Shown: one piece after another, positions 10,142 to 20,006 of the stretch
Numbering within the stretch: position 1 is the first letter of the stretch
Layout of the letters: each line of letters begins with the position of its first letter
Assembly (NCBI GenBank): GCA_021796115.1
Contig: JAJYOP010000002.1
Coordinates: 70,842 to 134,841, forward strand
Reading direction: 5' to 3'
DNA from: a bacterium
GTDB lineage: Bacteria; Omnitrophota; Gorgyraeia; Duberdicusellales; 4484-171
Length of the DNA: 64,000 bases
Notes under the pieces: generated by a model
What the model saw: the letters and a program-made list of their open reading frames with translations, nothing else
What the model was told of the DNA's origin: nothing
Database searches by the model: none
Translations under genes and position numbers: made by a program

Positions 10142-11002
10142 ATGGAAATCAAGGTTATCAAAACCCAGAAAGCATTATCTCCTACGCAGATACAGCTTGC
10201 TGACTATGTAATAAATCCTTACCGTGGCTGCGAATTTGGCTGTCTCTATTGCTATTCACAGGAAAATAAAAATATAAAGGGTGCTGATTTTTTTAATTCC
10301 CTTTGCGTAAAGGCAAATATTGGCGAAGTTTTAAGGAAGCAATTGCAGTATACGCATCCCAGAAGAGTGCTTTTAGGTTCGACTACGGAATGTTTTCAAT
10401 ACCAGGAAACAAAATACGGCCTTAGCCGGGAGGTACTTAGTATACTGAACGAAGAAAAGATTCCCTGCACTATACTTACAAAATCTCACCTGATTAAAAA
10501 CTATATTAATCTTATACGAAGAAATCCGGCTAATAAAATATATTTCACACTGAACTTTTCTTCCGACCATGAGGTGCAAATTTTCGAAAAATCATCCTCG
10601 CCTTTAAATGCACGACTAGCGGCTATTGCGGATATTTTGCATAATAATATTGCTTTACGCGTTCACATCGGCCCTTTTATTCCCTATGTTTGCCAGTTAG
10701 CGAAAATAGCCGAACTCATCCCGCCCGCTGCTGGTGAAATTGATGTCGAACTTTATCACAACAAGATGGGCAGCTTTGAAAAGATTGGTTTAGTGATAGA
10801 AAAGGAATTTGGCAAAGATATAAAAGAAAAATTTTTTAGTGTTTACAAAAACGAAGAAAACTATCGCGATTTCGCTAAAACGTTAAAACAACAAATTGTA
10901 ACCTTCCAAAATGAAAAACCAGGAAAATTTTTTTATATTGTGCCCGATTTCAACAAATTTTATAGCGCTTCAATAAATTATCATGAAAACCCCCTTTTTT
11001 AG
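10142..11002 (+). CDS. Small radical SAM protein, spore-photoproduct-lyase/COG1533-like
   Basis: YRGCEFGCLYCY cluster motif close to the N-terminus. Its size and layout resemble SplB-like 'DNA repair photolyase' family proteins. Confidence 0.7.
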   Translation: MEIKVIKTQKALSPTQIQLADYVINPYRGCEFGCLYCYSQENKNIKGADFFNSLCVKANIGEVLRKQLQYTHPRRVLLGSTTECFQYQETKYGLSREVLSILNEEKIPCTILTKSHLIKNYINLIRRNPANKIYFTLNFSSDHEVQIFEKSSSPLNARLAAIADILHNNIALRVHIGPFIPYVCQLAKIAELIPPAAGEIDVELYHNKMGSFEKIGLVIEKEFGKDIKEKFFSVYKNEENYRDFAKTLKQQIVTFQNEKPGKFFYIVPDFNKFYSASINYHENPLF

Positions 11003-11819
11003 TATAATTATACCGACGTACAACCGTAAAGAATTTGTAAAAATCGCAATAACCTCTGTATTATCGCAAAGTTATCCGGACTATGAATTAATTGTTATTG
11101 ATGATGGCTCATGCGATGGCACTAAAGAAGCTTTCAACGGATATCCGGGAATTAAATATGTCTGGCAGGAACATCGCGGAGTCGCAGAAGCACGCAATGC
11201 CGGCGTCCGCATATCAGGCGGCGAATTCATTTGTTTCCTTGACTCAGATGACCGCTTCCGGCAGGATAAACTTGAAATAACCGATAAACATATCAAGGCA
11301 AACCCGAAATATAAAATCTTCCACACCGAAGAAATATGGTACCGAAGCGGCCAGTATCTTGCACAGAAAGAATACCATAGGAAACTTGCCGGATGGGTTT
11401 TCGAAAATGCGGTAAAGATTTGTTCAATAAGCATTTCGACTGTTACGATTCATAAGGAAATTTTTAAAGAGGTTGGGCTTTTTGATAAAAATTTTTCTGC
11501 CTGCGAGGACTACGATTTCTGGCTGCGGGTTACCGCAAAGTTTCCAGTTTATTTAATACCCGAATACCTTACAATAAAAGAAGGCGGGCACAGCGATCAA
11601 CAATCAAAAAAATATCCGGCAATGGATTTGTTCAGAATTAGTGCGCTGCAAAAAATAATCGCCGATAGCTCGCTAAGCATAGAAAACCGCAATATAGCTT
11701 TTCAGGAACTGAAGAGAAAATGTGAGATTTACATTAAAGGCGCGGAAAAACGGGGAAAATTCGAAGAGGTTGATAAATATAAAAAAATGCTGCTAGAACT
11801 GGAGAATAAATATGTTTGA
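10983..11819 (+). CDS. Family 2 glycosyltransferase (soluble)
   Basis: FSIIIPTYNR, DDGSCDGT, LDSDD and EDYDFWLR motifs. Overlaps both neighbours, which suggests translational coupling. Confidence 0.8.
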   Translation: MKTPFFSIIIPTYNRKEFVKIAITSVLSQSYPDYELIVIDDGSCDGTKEAFNGYPGIKYVWQEHRGVAEARNAGVRISGGEFICFLDSDDRFRQDKLEITDKHIKANPKYKIFHTEEIWYRSGQYLAQKEYHRKLAGWVFENAVKICSISISTVTIHKEIFKEVGLFDKNFSACEDYDFWLRVTAKFPVYLIPEYLTIKEGGHSDQQSKKYPAMDLFRISALQKIIADSSLSIENRNIAFQELKRKCEIYIKGAEKRGKFEEVDKYKKMLLELENKYV

Positions 11820-13200
11820 GGGGTTAAAAACTAAACTCGACAGTATTTTCAATATCCGTTTAAACCGGAATCAAATATGCGACATCGAAAGGCTGTTTTT
11901 TGAAATAATGCGCAGGGAAAATGTATCGGAAAACGTTATCATCGAATACATTAAAACTAATTCGCATTACGAAAAATGCGCTGGAAAGGACAGGTTTTTT
12001 GCGATAAAAAATGCGCTTATTTTACGTCGCTTCCCTCGAACATACCAAAATGAAAAAATTGATACAAAAAAAATCTTTTTGAATCAGGTAAACGGCCCAC
12101 TTGATAATGATTGGAAAGGAAATAAAGATTTCAATCCTCTTGAAATTTTTGTCGAGAAGGAAGTCAAATCAAGCTATCTTGTTGAAAATTTCAAAAAGCA
12201 TTTCCCTGCAGTTCCGATTACGGAAGTGAATCTTTATAATGAATACCTGAAAAATAACCGGTTCAAAATAGCTGACCTGAAAAAACCGGTAGTCTTCATC
12301 ATAAAAGAAAAATGGGATTTCTTGAAGCCTTGCCCCTGCACGAAAGAACATATTTCCTGCGGGTATTGGATATTAAACCTGGGTTTTGGCTGTCCGTTCG
12401 ATTGTTCATATTGTTTCCTCCAATGCTATGCGAATTTTCCCGGGATAGTTCTTCCGGCAAATATCGAGGATTTTTTTATCGAATTCGAGGCTCTCTATAA
12501 AAAGCTTAAGAATCCAATACGAATAGGTACGGGCGAATTTTGTGACTCGTTAGCCTTAGACAATATTACTGAATACTCAAAGCAGCTCATTCCCTATCTT
12601 TCGAACAAAAATGTTTTGTTTGAACTAAAAACAAAAAGTAATAATATCGGTAATCTTTTAAAGATTAATCCATCAAAAAATATTGTAATTTCCTGGTCGC
12701 TTAACCCTGCTTCGATAGTTGAAAGCGAAGAATTATTAACCGCGACTCTTCAAGAACGCTTGGAAGCTGCAAAAATTATACAAGGAAAAGGGTATTCAAT
12801 TGCTTTCCATTTTGATCCAATAATCCATAGTGATAACTGGAAACACCTCTACGGAGAAGTAATTGACAAATTATATCAAGAAGCAAAGATTCCTTTTTCC
12901 TGGATAAGCTTAGGCTCGCTGCGCTCGCACCGAAGTCTTAAGGCGATAAATGAATTCCGTTTTCCGCAGAGTAACATCTTCTATGGCGAGTTATTCTTCG
13001 GTGAGGATAAAAAATTAAGATATCCCGAATATTTGAGGAAAGAAATCTATTCGTATATGATTAAGCGCCTGCGCAGATATGATTCAAAAACACCAATCTA
13101 TCTTTGCATGGAAAACAAAAATCTCTGGACAATTTTAGGCAAGGATTCCGGCAAGGAAGTAGAGAGTTCTCTTCTGGAAAGAAGTGTTAATAACGTTTGA
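11812..13200 (+). CDS. Spore-photoproduct-lyase-family radical SAM protein with a long N-terminal extension
   Basis: GFGCPFDCSYCFLQ cluster motif at about aa 190. The overall layout resembles non-sporulator SplB homologues. Confidence 0.75.
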   Translation: MFEGLKTKLDSIFNIRLNRNQICDIERLFFEIMRRENVSENVIIEYIKTNSHYEKCAGKDRFFAIKNALILRRFPRTYQNEKIDTKKIFLNQVNGPLDNDWKGNKDFNPLEIFVEKEVKSSYLVENFKKHFPAVPITEVNLYNEYLKNNRFKIADLKKPVVFIIKEKWDFLKPCPCTKEHISCGYWILNLGFGCPFDCSYCFLQCYANFPGIVLPANIEDFFIEFEALYKKLKNPIRIGTGEFCDSLALDNITEYSKQLIPYLSNKNVLFELKTKSNNIGNLLKINPSKNIVISWSLNPASIVESEELLTATLQERLEAAKIIQGKGYSIAFHFDPIIHSDNWKHLYGEVIDKLYQEAKIPFSWISLGSLRSHRSLKAINEFRFPQSNIFYGELFFGEDKKLRYPEYLRKEIYSYMIKRLRRYDSKTPIYLCMENKNLWTILGKDSGKEVESSLLERSVNNV

Positions 13201-15064
13201 GCACTTCGGTATGAGGATAATAGTGCTCTAAAATTTCCTGATAAGTGTAACCTTTATCAGCCATATATTCTGCCCCATCCTGGCACATACCCGCACCATG
13301 GCCAAAGCCGCTGCCCCAGAAAAACAGCATTTTCGGAACGTTATCTGCGGAGAATTTTACATCGATTTTAAATGCGCTACTGCGAAGATTATCAAAATAA
13401 TTGCGTATATTTAAATCTCCGGTTAAGGTAGTTTTTTCTTTAGAGGTTATTATTTCTAAAACTTTATAAGAAACGCAAGATCCTTTTTCTTTAGCAATTA
13501 TTTTCTGTAAGTCTTTTAAATCGTAGCCGAAGATAAACGCAAAATCTTCTGCATCGTAAACCCTCTGCCAGCGATAGTTAGCTGTTTTAGAGTGAGAACA
13601 AAAACTTTCCGGATACGAAGTGCACCAATTTTCCTCTTCATAAGGAGAAAACGGCTTAAAGCTTTTTTTCGAATCAAAACCATGAGCATAGTAATCCTTC
13701 TTCCCAAATACATCAGGTCTGAGGCAACCTCCGCAATTTGAGTGATATACCGCTTCAATGGGCTCTTTTTTGTAAATGATTATCTCCCCTCGTGTTTCAT
13801 TAACCGCCTTGTTCGTCGCGTCTTTTTCTACAGACACACCTTGATAAACCTGGCAATGAACGTCAGCGCAGACATCAAAATTCTTTTCTTTATGGCGTTG
13901 ATTTAAGATACTCCTAATGGCGATGGAACGTGCGGCAACTGCCTGGGCCTTAAGTGCCTCCATATCCGCTTTTGGCGAAATTTCTGCAGGCAGGACTCCA
14001 TAAAGATATTCTTCAACACTGATAACGTTAATTAAAGTTATACCGCCATCAATTAAAATCCTTAAATCGCCTCTATATATTCTATCGATTCTTTTATGCC
14101 AAAAATTGGTTTCTCCATAGGTAATATCAAGAACATAAAAAGGATACCCGTCGCTTTTTATGGTAACCGGACTGTTGTATTTTTTATAAATAACTCCGCT
14201 TTTGTAATCTTTGAGATACAAGCGTTTTTCTTTTAAAACTATGGTATAAAATTTGTTTTTTTCTCCGTTAAAAACTTGCTTTGAATCGCTTATAACGAAA
14301 TCACCTCCGCACCTAAAGGTAAAATCGGTTAAATCCGTGGCAAGGCCGACACGCACAAATGGAATATTTTTTTCGCGCTTATAAAACATGAGATTGACGA
14401 GCTCCCGGGCTTTTTCTATCGCTTTTTTCGTTTCCACAAAAAAAGTTTTGCCGATTTTATCTTTAATTTCCATCAATTGCTTTCTTATGTCAGGATTTTC
14501 TGGATAGAAATTAATGCCTCTTGCCGAATAAGTATAAGCTTCCTCATAATTTCCGGTATTAAGCAGGCATTCGGCAAGATAAAAGTTAGCCAAGCGTATG
14601 CTTGAATCAAGCGCGATTACGCGGGCAAAAAAATGCGATGCTTTTTGGTAATTCTTTCGCTTATAATAAATTTTCCCAAGCCTATATAATGCGATAGTAT
14701 TTTTTTGCAGGCGTAACGATGCGATATAGTTATTTACCGCTAATTGCGTATTACCCAGATCTTCATATACAAGCCCGAGATAAAGGTAGGTCAGGTAATT
14801 TTTATTTTTTAAACTAGAAAGCACGCCTATCGCTTTAGAATTTTGCGATGTCAAGTAATAAAGCCTTCCTAAAAAGTTTCCGGAGTCGGTATCAGCAAGG
14901 ATTTGCGGATTGGATTCTAAAACCTGTATTGCTTTATCATAGTCCATTGCCTCCTTATAAATAGACGCGGAATCTAAAATCGCTTGCGTAGAGGCTTGAT
15001 TTTCTGCAAAAGATTCGTGCGGCAAACTAACAAATAAAGCCAATAAGAATACTCCAAAAATCAT
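13187..15064 (-). CDS. SpoIID/LytB-domain protein with N-terminal TPR repeats
   Basis: Signal peptide, TPR-like repeats, and a C-terminal SpoIID-type region (EEYLYGVLPAE, ALKAQAVAARS, GFGHGAGMCQDGA). Confidence 0.8.
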   Translation of the reverse strand: MIFGVFLLALFVSLPHESFAENQASTQAILDSASIYKEAMDYDKAIQVLESNPQILADTDSGNFLGRLYYLTSQNSKAIGVLSSLKNKNYLTYLYLGLVYEDLGNTQLAVNNYIASLRLQKNTIALYRLGKIYYKRKNYQKASHFFARVIALDSSIRLANFYLAECLLNTGNYEEAYTYSARGINFYPENPDIRKQLMEIKDKIGKTFFVETKKAIEKARELVNLMFYKREKNIPFVRVGLATDLTDFTFRCGGDFVISDSKQVFNGEKNKFYTIVLKEKRLYLKDYKSGVIYKKYNSPVTIKSDGYPFYVLDITYGETNFWHKRIDRIYRGDLRILIDGGITLINVISVEEYLYGVLPAEISPKADMEALKAQAVAARSIAIRSILNQRHKEKNFDVCADVHCQVYQGVSVEKDATNKAVNETRGEIIIYKKEPIEAVYHSNCGGCLRPDVFGKKDYYAHGFDSKKSFKPFSPYEEENWCTSYPESFCSHSKTANYRWQRVYDAEDFAFIFGYDLKDLQKIIAKEKGSCVSYKVLEIITSKEKTTLTGDLNIRNYFDNLRSSAFKIDVKFSADNVPKMLFFWGSGFGHGAGMCQDGAEYMADKGYTYQEILEHYYPHTEVLKRY

Positions 15065-15104
15065 TTATTTTAACGGGGGTTGGAATAGCCGGCGTTAGAA
15101 AGAA

Positions 15105-15359
15105 TCATTCAAGAACCTTAAAAACTTTGTCGTTTTCGTGAACCTTTCCTGAAACTTTTATGCCAACCTCGTCGCCCTTTTTTGCTTCCGGCACAGCTAC
15201 ATGCTCAAGCTGAATGGAATCAATGGTTTGCATGAAATCATCATGGATGCCTTTAACGTGGATTTTTTCGCCAACCCGGAGAGTATCACTAAGCTTGATT
15301 ATGCCTACGCTGATTTTTCCGAAATAATGAGTGATTGTACCGATCTCTTTTTCCTGCAT
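15105..15359 (-). CDS. Small EF-Tu-domain-2-like beta-barrel protein
   Basis: 84 aa resembling translation-factor domain II (GEKIHVKG...KGDEVGIKV). Confidence 0.5.
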   Translation of the reverse strand: MQEKEIGTITHYFGKISVGIIKLSDTLRVGEKIHVKGIHDDFMQTIDSIQLEHVAVPEAKKGDEVGIKVSGKVHENDKVFKVLE

Positions 15360-15398
15360 GGCGCCTCCTTTTTTTAAACACCCTCCATACGGAAACCT

Positions 15399-16211
15399 CT
15401 ATAATTTTGCCTTGCCAATTACAGGTATTGAATATCTACGGGAATCTTCCAAAAACTTTTCTTTATCTAGAATAAGTGCTTTATCGCTTTCAAGCACTAA
15501 AGCTTGGGCTTTTATTTTTTTAAGTAATTTTAATGTTGACATACCCACCACCGGAACGTCAAACCTCAAATCCTGATTTAATTTACTAAATTTAAAAATT
15601 ACACAATCTCTGCCGGCAAGCCGATAACCGCGCTTTATTGTATTATCCGTGCCCTCTAATGCTTCAAGAGCAACAACACTTTTGTTCTTTACCACGATGG
15701 TCTGGCCGATGTCTAAATCGACAAAACGGGAAACCATTTTTATCCCAAATTCGACATTATCCTCGGCTACAACCGACAAGCTAAACCCATTCATAACCCC
15801 TTCCGTGGCTAGATTCTTTTTTAAATAAAGTGTTGAATCAAGAAAATGTAAACCAAAACCCTCAAAGTACGATATGATTGCCGAAAATATACTATGCGGA
15901 CGCATATCTTTAGTCTTTTCAACCAGCGTAATCAGCTCTTTATCCCAATGACGCTTGTTAAAAATACGAACCGGACTAATTTGCCCGGCCATGATACAAT
16001 CTTTTAATCCTTCTTTTTTGATTATATTTTTTATTGCGGATAATTCGCCAACGCGCAACCAATATGATTTGTCTACGCAGGATTTAATCAAAAGAGAGGT
16101 CTCTTTATGGAAACAAATAGCTATAAGTTCTGAATCGGGGTATTTTTCTTTTATGGCCCTGGATAGTATTACAGGTAGGGATCTGTTTCCGGCAATTATT
16201 CCTAATTTCAT
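15399..16211 (-). CDS. lpxI: UDP-2,3-diacylglucosamine pyrophosphatase LpxI (DUF1009)
   Basis: MKLGIIAGNRSLP start and EALEGTDNTIKR motif. Sits next to lpxA. Confidence 0.75.
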   Translation of the reverse strand: MKLGIIAGNRSLPVILSRAIKEKYPDSELIAICFHKETSLLIKSCVDKSYWLRVGELSAIKNIIKKEGLKDCIMAGQISPVRIFNKRHWDKELITLVEKTKDMRPHSIFSAIISYFEGFGLHFLDSTLYLKKNLATEGVMNGFSLSVVAEDNVEFGIKMVSRFVDLDIGQTIVVKNKSVVALEALEGTDNTIKRGYRLAGRDCVIFKFSKLNQDLRFDVPVVGMSTLKLLKKIKAQALVLESDKALILDKEKFLEDSRRYSIPVIGKAKL

Positions 16212-16236
16212 ATGCGCCTGGATAATTAGCTTTGCA

Positions 16237-17013
16237 TTATCTACCTATGCCACGCTCTGACGAGGAAACAAATTTGAGCAGGTAGCTTACTTCTTTTAAA
16301 GAAGCAAGTTCTTTGCTTACCAATTCTTTTGCTTTTGTTAAAGGATGATTTTCGAAAAATAGCAGTTTAAAAGCTTTTTTTAAGGCGCTTATCGTATTTT
16401 GCGAAAAATTTGCCCGCCTTAACCCTATAAGATTCAATCCGCGCACTACCGTAGGGTGCCCATCACTTACGGAATAAGGCGGTACGTCCTGGACGACTTT
16501 GGAACAGCCGCCAATCATCGAGAGCGTGCCAAGGCGGCAGAACTGATGGATAGCCACAATTCCGCCAACGGTTACCCTGTCTTCAATTGTTACATGACCG
16601 GCTAAAGTTGCGCAATTGGCTAAAACATTGTCATTGCCCACAAAACAATCATGAGCGATATGGGAATAGGCCATGATAAGATTGTTGTTGCCGATTATAG
16701 TTTTGGAACCGTTTTCTGTTCCAAGATTCATGGTTACAAATTCACGTATCGTATTATTGCTTCCGATGACGAGAAAACTTTCTTCGCCTTTATATTTTAG
16801 ATCCTGGGGAATATTCCCTAATGCGGCATAAGAAAAAATATGATTATTTTTGCCAATAGTAGTATTTCCTACAACTTGGGCAAAGGCGTCAATTATGCAT
16901 CCCGAGCCGATTTTCGCGGCCGGGCCTATAATCGCATATGGGCCTACGATTACGTTCGAATCAATTTCAGCTTTTTTATCTACGATTGCTTTTTTATCTA
17001 TTTTTGCTGCCAT
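16237..17013 (-). CDS. lpxA: UDP-GlcNAc acyltransferase
   Basis: Left-handed beta-helix hexapeptide repeats plus an LpxA C-terminal helical domain. Confidence 0.9.
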   Translation of the reverse strand: MAAKIDKKAIVDKKAEIDSNVIVGPYAIIGPAAKIGSGCIIDAFAQVVGNTTIGKNNHIFSYAALGNIPQDLKYKGEESFLVIGSNNTIREFVTMNLGTENGSKTIIGNNNLIMAYSHIAHDCFVGNDNVLANCATLAGHVTIEDRVTVGGIVAIHQFCRLGTLSMIGGCSKVVQDVPPYSVSDGHPTVVRGLNLIGLRRANFSQNTISALKKAFKLLFFENHPLTKAKELVSKELASLKEVSYLLKFVSSSERGIGR

Positions 17014-17015
17014 TT

Positions 17016-18323
17016 TTAATCCACCAGCGCAAACATAAGCTCAGCTTCAGCAGCCACTTTATTATCGACTAAAGCTTTCGCATAAACTGTTCCTGTTTTG
17101 GTACGGACTTTTCCGGCAACCACCTCTATAACCAGTTGATCCCCCGGGACAACGGTTTTACGGAATTTCGCATTATCTGCCGCCATAAAATATGCAAGTT
17201 TTCCTTTATTCTCCTCGCTTGCAAGCATAAGAACGCCGCCAACCTGCGCCATCGCCTCAATGATCAAAACACCGGGCATAACCGGCCGCTGAGGAAAATG
17301 CCCCTGAAAAAATGGTTCATTGATGGTAACGTTTTTAATACCTACGGCGCGTTTACATTTTTCCATATCAATAATCCTGTCAACAAGTAGAAATGGGTAG
17401 CGGTGCGGAAGAAGCTTCATTATTTCCTCGCCGCTCAAGGTGTTGCCGGTTGGAACAAACATGGTTTCCGAACCTACCCCGGCACCTGCTGCTTTTTCTT
17501 TGTATCGGCGCAGCTTTTCAAGAAGTTTCACATTAAGCGAGTGCCCACTTTTAATTGCAATAATGTGTCCTTTAATTGGCCCTGCCAAATATAAATCGCC
17601 AAGAAGGTCTAAAACCTTGTGACGAGTAAATTCGTCCGGAAAACGTAATTTATTTTTTACTATGCCATTTCGTGATACTACCAGAGTGTTGTCGTAATTT
17701 GCGCCTTTGCCCAGCCCATTTTCAAGAAGATCTTTCACCTCTTCTTCTAAGCAAAAAGTGCGCGCTTCAAAAATATTTTCTGTCGCATTGCCGTCTATCG
17801 TTAAATCTACATAACCTGACCCTATAGTTGGATTATCGTATTTTAATGCGTAAGAAATTCGTAAAAACGGACAGGGCAGCACGATTATGCTTGAAGAGCC
17901 TTCTTCAACCCACAAAGGTTCTTTTATCGTCAGGCAATTAAACAAAGCATCGAGCTCGATGACGCCGGCGTTTTTTATTCCTTCGGTAAATTCTTTTGCG
18001 CTGCCATCCATGCCGGGAATTTCGTCGCCCCATACATTCACCTGGGCATTGTCAATCTTTAAAAGGCAAAAAGCCGCCATTAAATGTTCGACCGTATGGA
18101 CATAGATACCGTTAGAACCTACAGACGTGCGGCGGGGAAATTTTTCCGGCGAAACCAGAGAATAAAAGTCGCCTTTGATGATTTGGCTGCCGGCGTCCTG
18201 GCGTATAAAAATTATCCCGGTATTTGCTTGCGCTGGTAAAATTTCGATTTTTGTATGTCGACCGCCATGCAAGCCTATTCCCTCGAACGATATTTTTTCT
18301 TTAATTGTTTTCTGCTTATCCAT
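17016..18323 (-). CDS. lpxC-fabZ: Bifunctional LpxC deacetylase / FabZ dehydratase fusion
   Basis: N-terminal LpxC (GIGLHGG, HTVEHL, RHKVLD) is fused to C-terminal FabZ ([18 protein letters not shown]). Confidence 0.9.
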   Translation of the reverse strand: MDKQKTIKEKISFEGIGLHGGRHTKIEILPAQANTGIIFIRQDAGSQIIKGDFYSLVSPEKFPRRTSVGSNGIYVHTVEHLMAAFCLLKIDNAQVNVWGDEIPGMDGSAKEFTEGIKNAGVIELDALFNCLTIKEPLWVEEGSSSIIVLPCPFLRISYALKYDNPTIGSGYVDLTIDGNATENIFEARTFCLEEEVKDLLENGLGKGANYDNTLVVSRNGIVKNKLRFPDEFTRHKVLDLLGDLYLAGPIKGHIIAIKSGHSLNVKLLEKLRRYKEKAAGAGVGSETMFVPTGNTLSGEEIMKLLPHRYPFLLVDRIIDMEKCKRAVGIKNVTINEPFFQGHFPQRPVMPGVLIIEAMAQVGGVLMLASEENKGKLAYFMAADNAKFRKTVVPGDQLVIEVVAGKVRTKTGTVYAKALVDNKVAAEAELMFALVD

Positions 18324-19383
18324 TGTTTTTCTTTAATTCTTCCCGCAATTTATTAACTTTTTCTTCAAGTTCTTTTATTTTATTATACAATGCCGGTAAA
18401 TTCTGAACGTAAGCGTTTATACGTTTTGCTTCTAAATGCTTGCGCGCGGGATAACCTGAAACCATAGTGTTAGGCGGTATGGATTTAGTAACACCAGCCT
18501 GTGCCGCAGCTATAGCCTTATCGCCAACTGCTATATGGCCCACAAGGCCGGCCTGCCCGGCAATAATAACTTCTTTTCCTAAAACTGTGCTTCCAGAAAT
18601 GCCGGCTTGAGCGATAATAAGGCAATTTTCGCCGATTGTAACATTATGGGCTATCTGCACAAGATTATCGATTTTCGTACCTTTACCGATAAGAGTTTTG
18701 TCAAAACGCGCCCTGTCAATCGTAACATTTGCCCCGATTTCGACATCATCCTCGACGACTACTGTACCGATTTGGGGAATTTTTTCCTGTATACCTTTAA
18801 CTTTGGCAAAACCAAAACCATCGCTGCCAATTACCGCGCCGCAATGAATAATTACGCGATTCCCGATAGTTATCCTCTCTCTTATGGAAACGTGCGGGTA
18901 AATAATTGTTTTTTTACCTATTTTAGTGTCATTACCCACATAACAATTGCCATAGATAATCGTGCCATCTCCTATAACGGCATTGTCTTCTATAATTGTA
19001 TACGCCCCAATCGCAACATTTTTTCCGATTTTTGCATTTTTCTGGATAAGTGCGGTAGGATGAACCCCATTAGGATGATGAATAACACTTGGCGCAAATA
19101 TACCTACAATTTTTGCAAAAGCCATCGAAGGGTTATCTGTCTTTATTATCGGCTTAGTGGATTTTACCGGATCTCTTGAGGTAATAATTGCTGATGCCTG
19201 CGTGATTTTTAGCAGAGAATCGTATTTTGAATTTGCTAAAAATGTTATCTCGCCTTCCTTTGCTTCTTTTATTCCGGAAATGCCTGTAATAACGATTTCA
19301 GGATTTCCGCATAACTCTCCATCGATAAGTTTAGCAATTTCCGAAAGCGCCAGCTTAAGCATAATTAAATAAAATTTGCGCAA
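18316..19383 (-). CDS. lpxD: UDP-3-O-acylglucosamine N-acyltransferase
   Basis: [13 protein letters not shown]-terminal domain, hexapeptide repeats and a C-terminal coiled coil. The true start is probably the M at 19362. Confidence 0.9.
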   Translation of the reverse strand: MRKFYLIMLKLALSEIAKLIDGELCGNPEIVITGISGIKEAKEGEITFLANSKYDSLLKITQASAIITSRDPVKSTKPIIKTDNPSMAFAKIVGIFAPSVIHHPNGVHPTALIQKNAKIGKNVAIGAYTIIEDNAVIGDGTIIYGNCYVGNDTKIGKKTIIYPHVSIRERITIGNRVIIHCGAVIGSDGFGFAKVKGIQEKIPQIGTVVVEDDVEIGANVTIDRARFDKTLIGKGTKIDNLVQIAHNVTIGENCLIIAQAGISGSTVLGKEVIIAGQAGLVGHIAVGDKAIAAAQAGVTKSIPPNTMVSGYPARKHLEAKRINAYVQNLPALYNKIKELEEKVNKLREELKKNNG

Positions 19384-19458
19384 GTATAGCGGAGCTTCCC
19401 CAAATTAAAATCCGAAGCTCCTTTTCCAAGCAGAAATTCAAATTTAAATAATCGAGGG

Positions 19459-19965
19459 CTATTTCTTCACAGAGGCATTTACCAGCTTAAGAATATCGTT
19501 GGTAATGTCGATATTTTTATTACCATAAAGCACGGTATCTCCGCGAAGAATGAGGTCAAAATTATTTTTCTGTGCGTAATCCTTTATCGTTTTTTCGATA
19601 TCGTCAATTATTTCTTTCATCTTCTCGTCTCTTTCTTTCCTGAGGTCCAATAGCGATTGACGCCTTAATTGTTGAAATTCTTTTTCCGCTTGGTCGAATT
19701 TTAACTGTTCTTTTTCTTTTTCTTTTTCTTTCAAAACACTGAGCCGGCTTTGCATTTTTTCAAGTTCAGCACCTTTATCTTTAAGTTGCTTTTCTTTCTC
19801 GTCAGTCTTTTTATTAAGAGCATCGTCATAATCCTTTGTTTTTTTATATTCATTAAAAACTTGCAGAAAATTAACACACCCAATTTTCAGCTCCTTTGCA
19901 TGGGAAATAGAGCAGAATGAACAGATGATTAAAAATGCAACTAACGAAATAATTGTCCTCTTCAT
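19459..19965 (-). CDS. skp: OmpH/Skp periplasmic chaperone
   Basis: Signal peptide, K/E-rich coiled-coil arms, and a position between bamA and lpxD. Confidence 0.75.
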   Translation of the reverse strand: MKRTIISLVAFLIICSFCSISHAKELKIGCVNFLQVFNEYKKTKDYDDALNKKTDEKEKQLKDKGAELEKMQSRLSVLKEKEKEKEQLKFDQAEKEFQQLRRQSLLDLRKERDEKMKEIIDDIEKTIKDYAQKNNFDLILRGDTVLYGNKNIDITNDILKLVNASVKK

Positions 19966-20006
19966 TATTTTCCTCCTTTTTTAAACTTATTGGCAGTTCT
20001 TAATAA

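Noticed and set aside
18607-19179. 190-aa plus-strand ORF inside lpxD.
   Set aside because: It is antisense to hexapeptide-repeat coding sequence, which commonly leaves long open antisense frames. The translation is low-complexity and motif-free.
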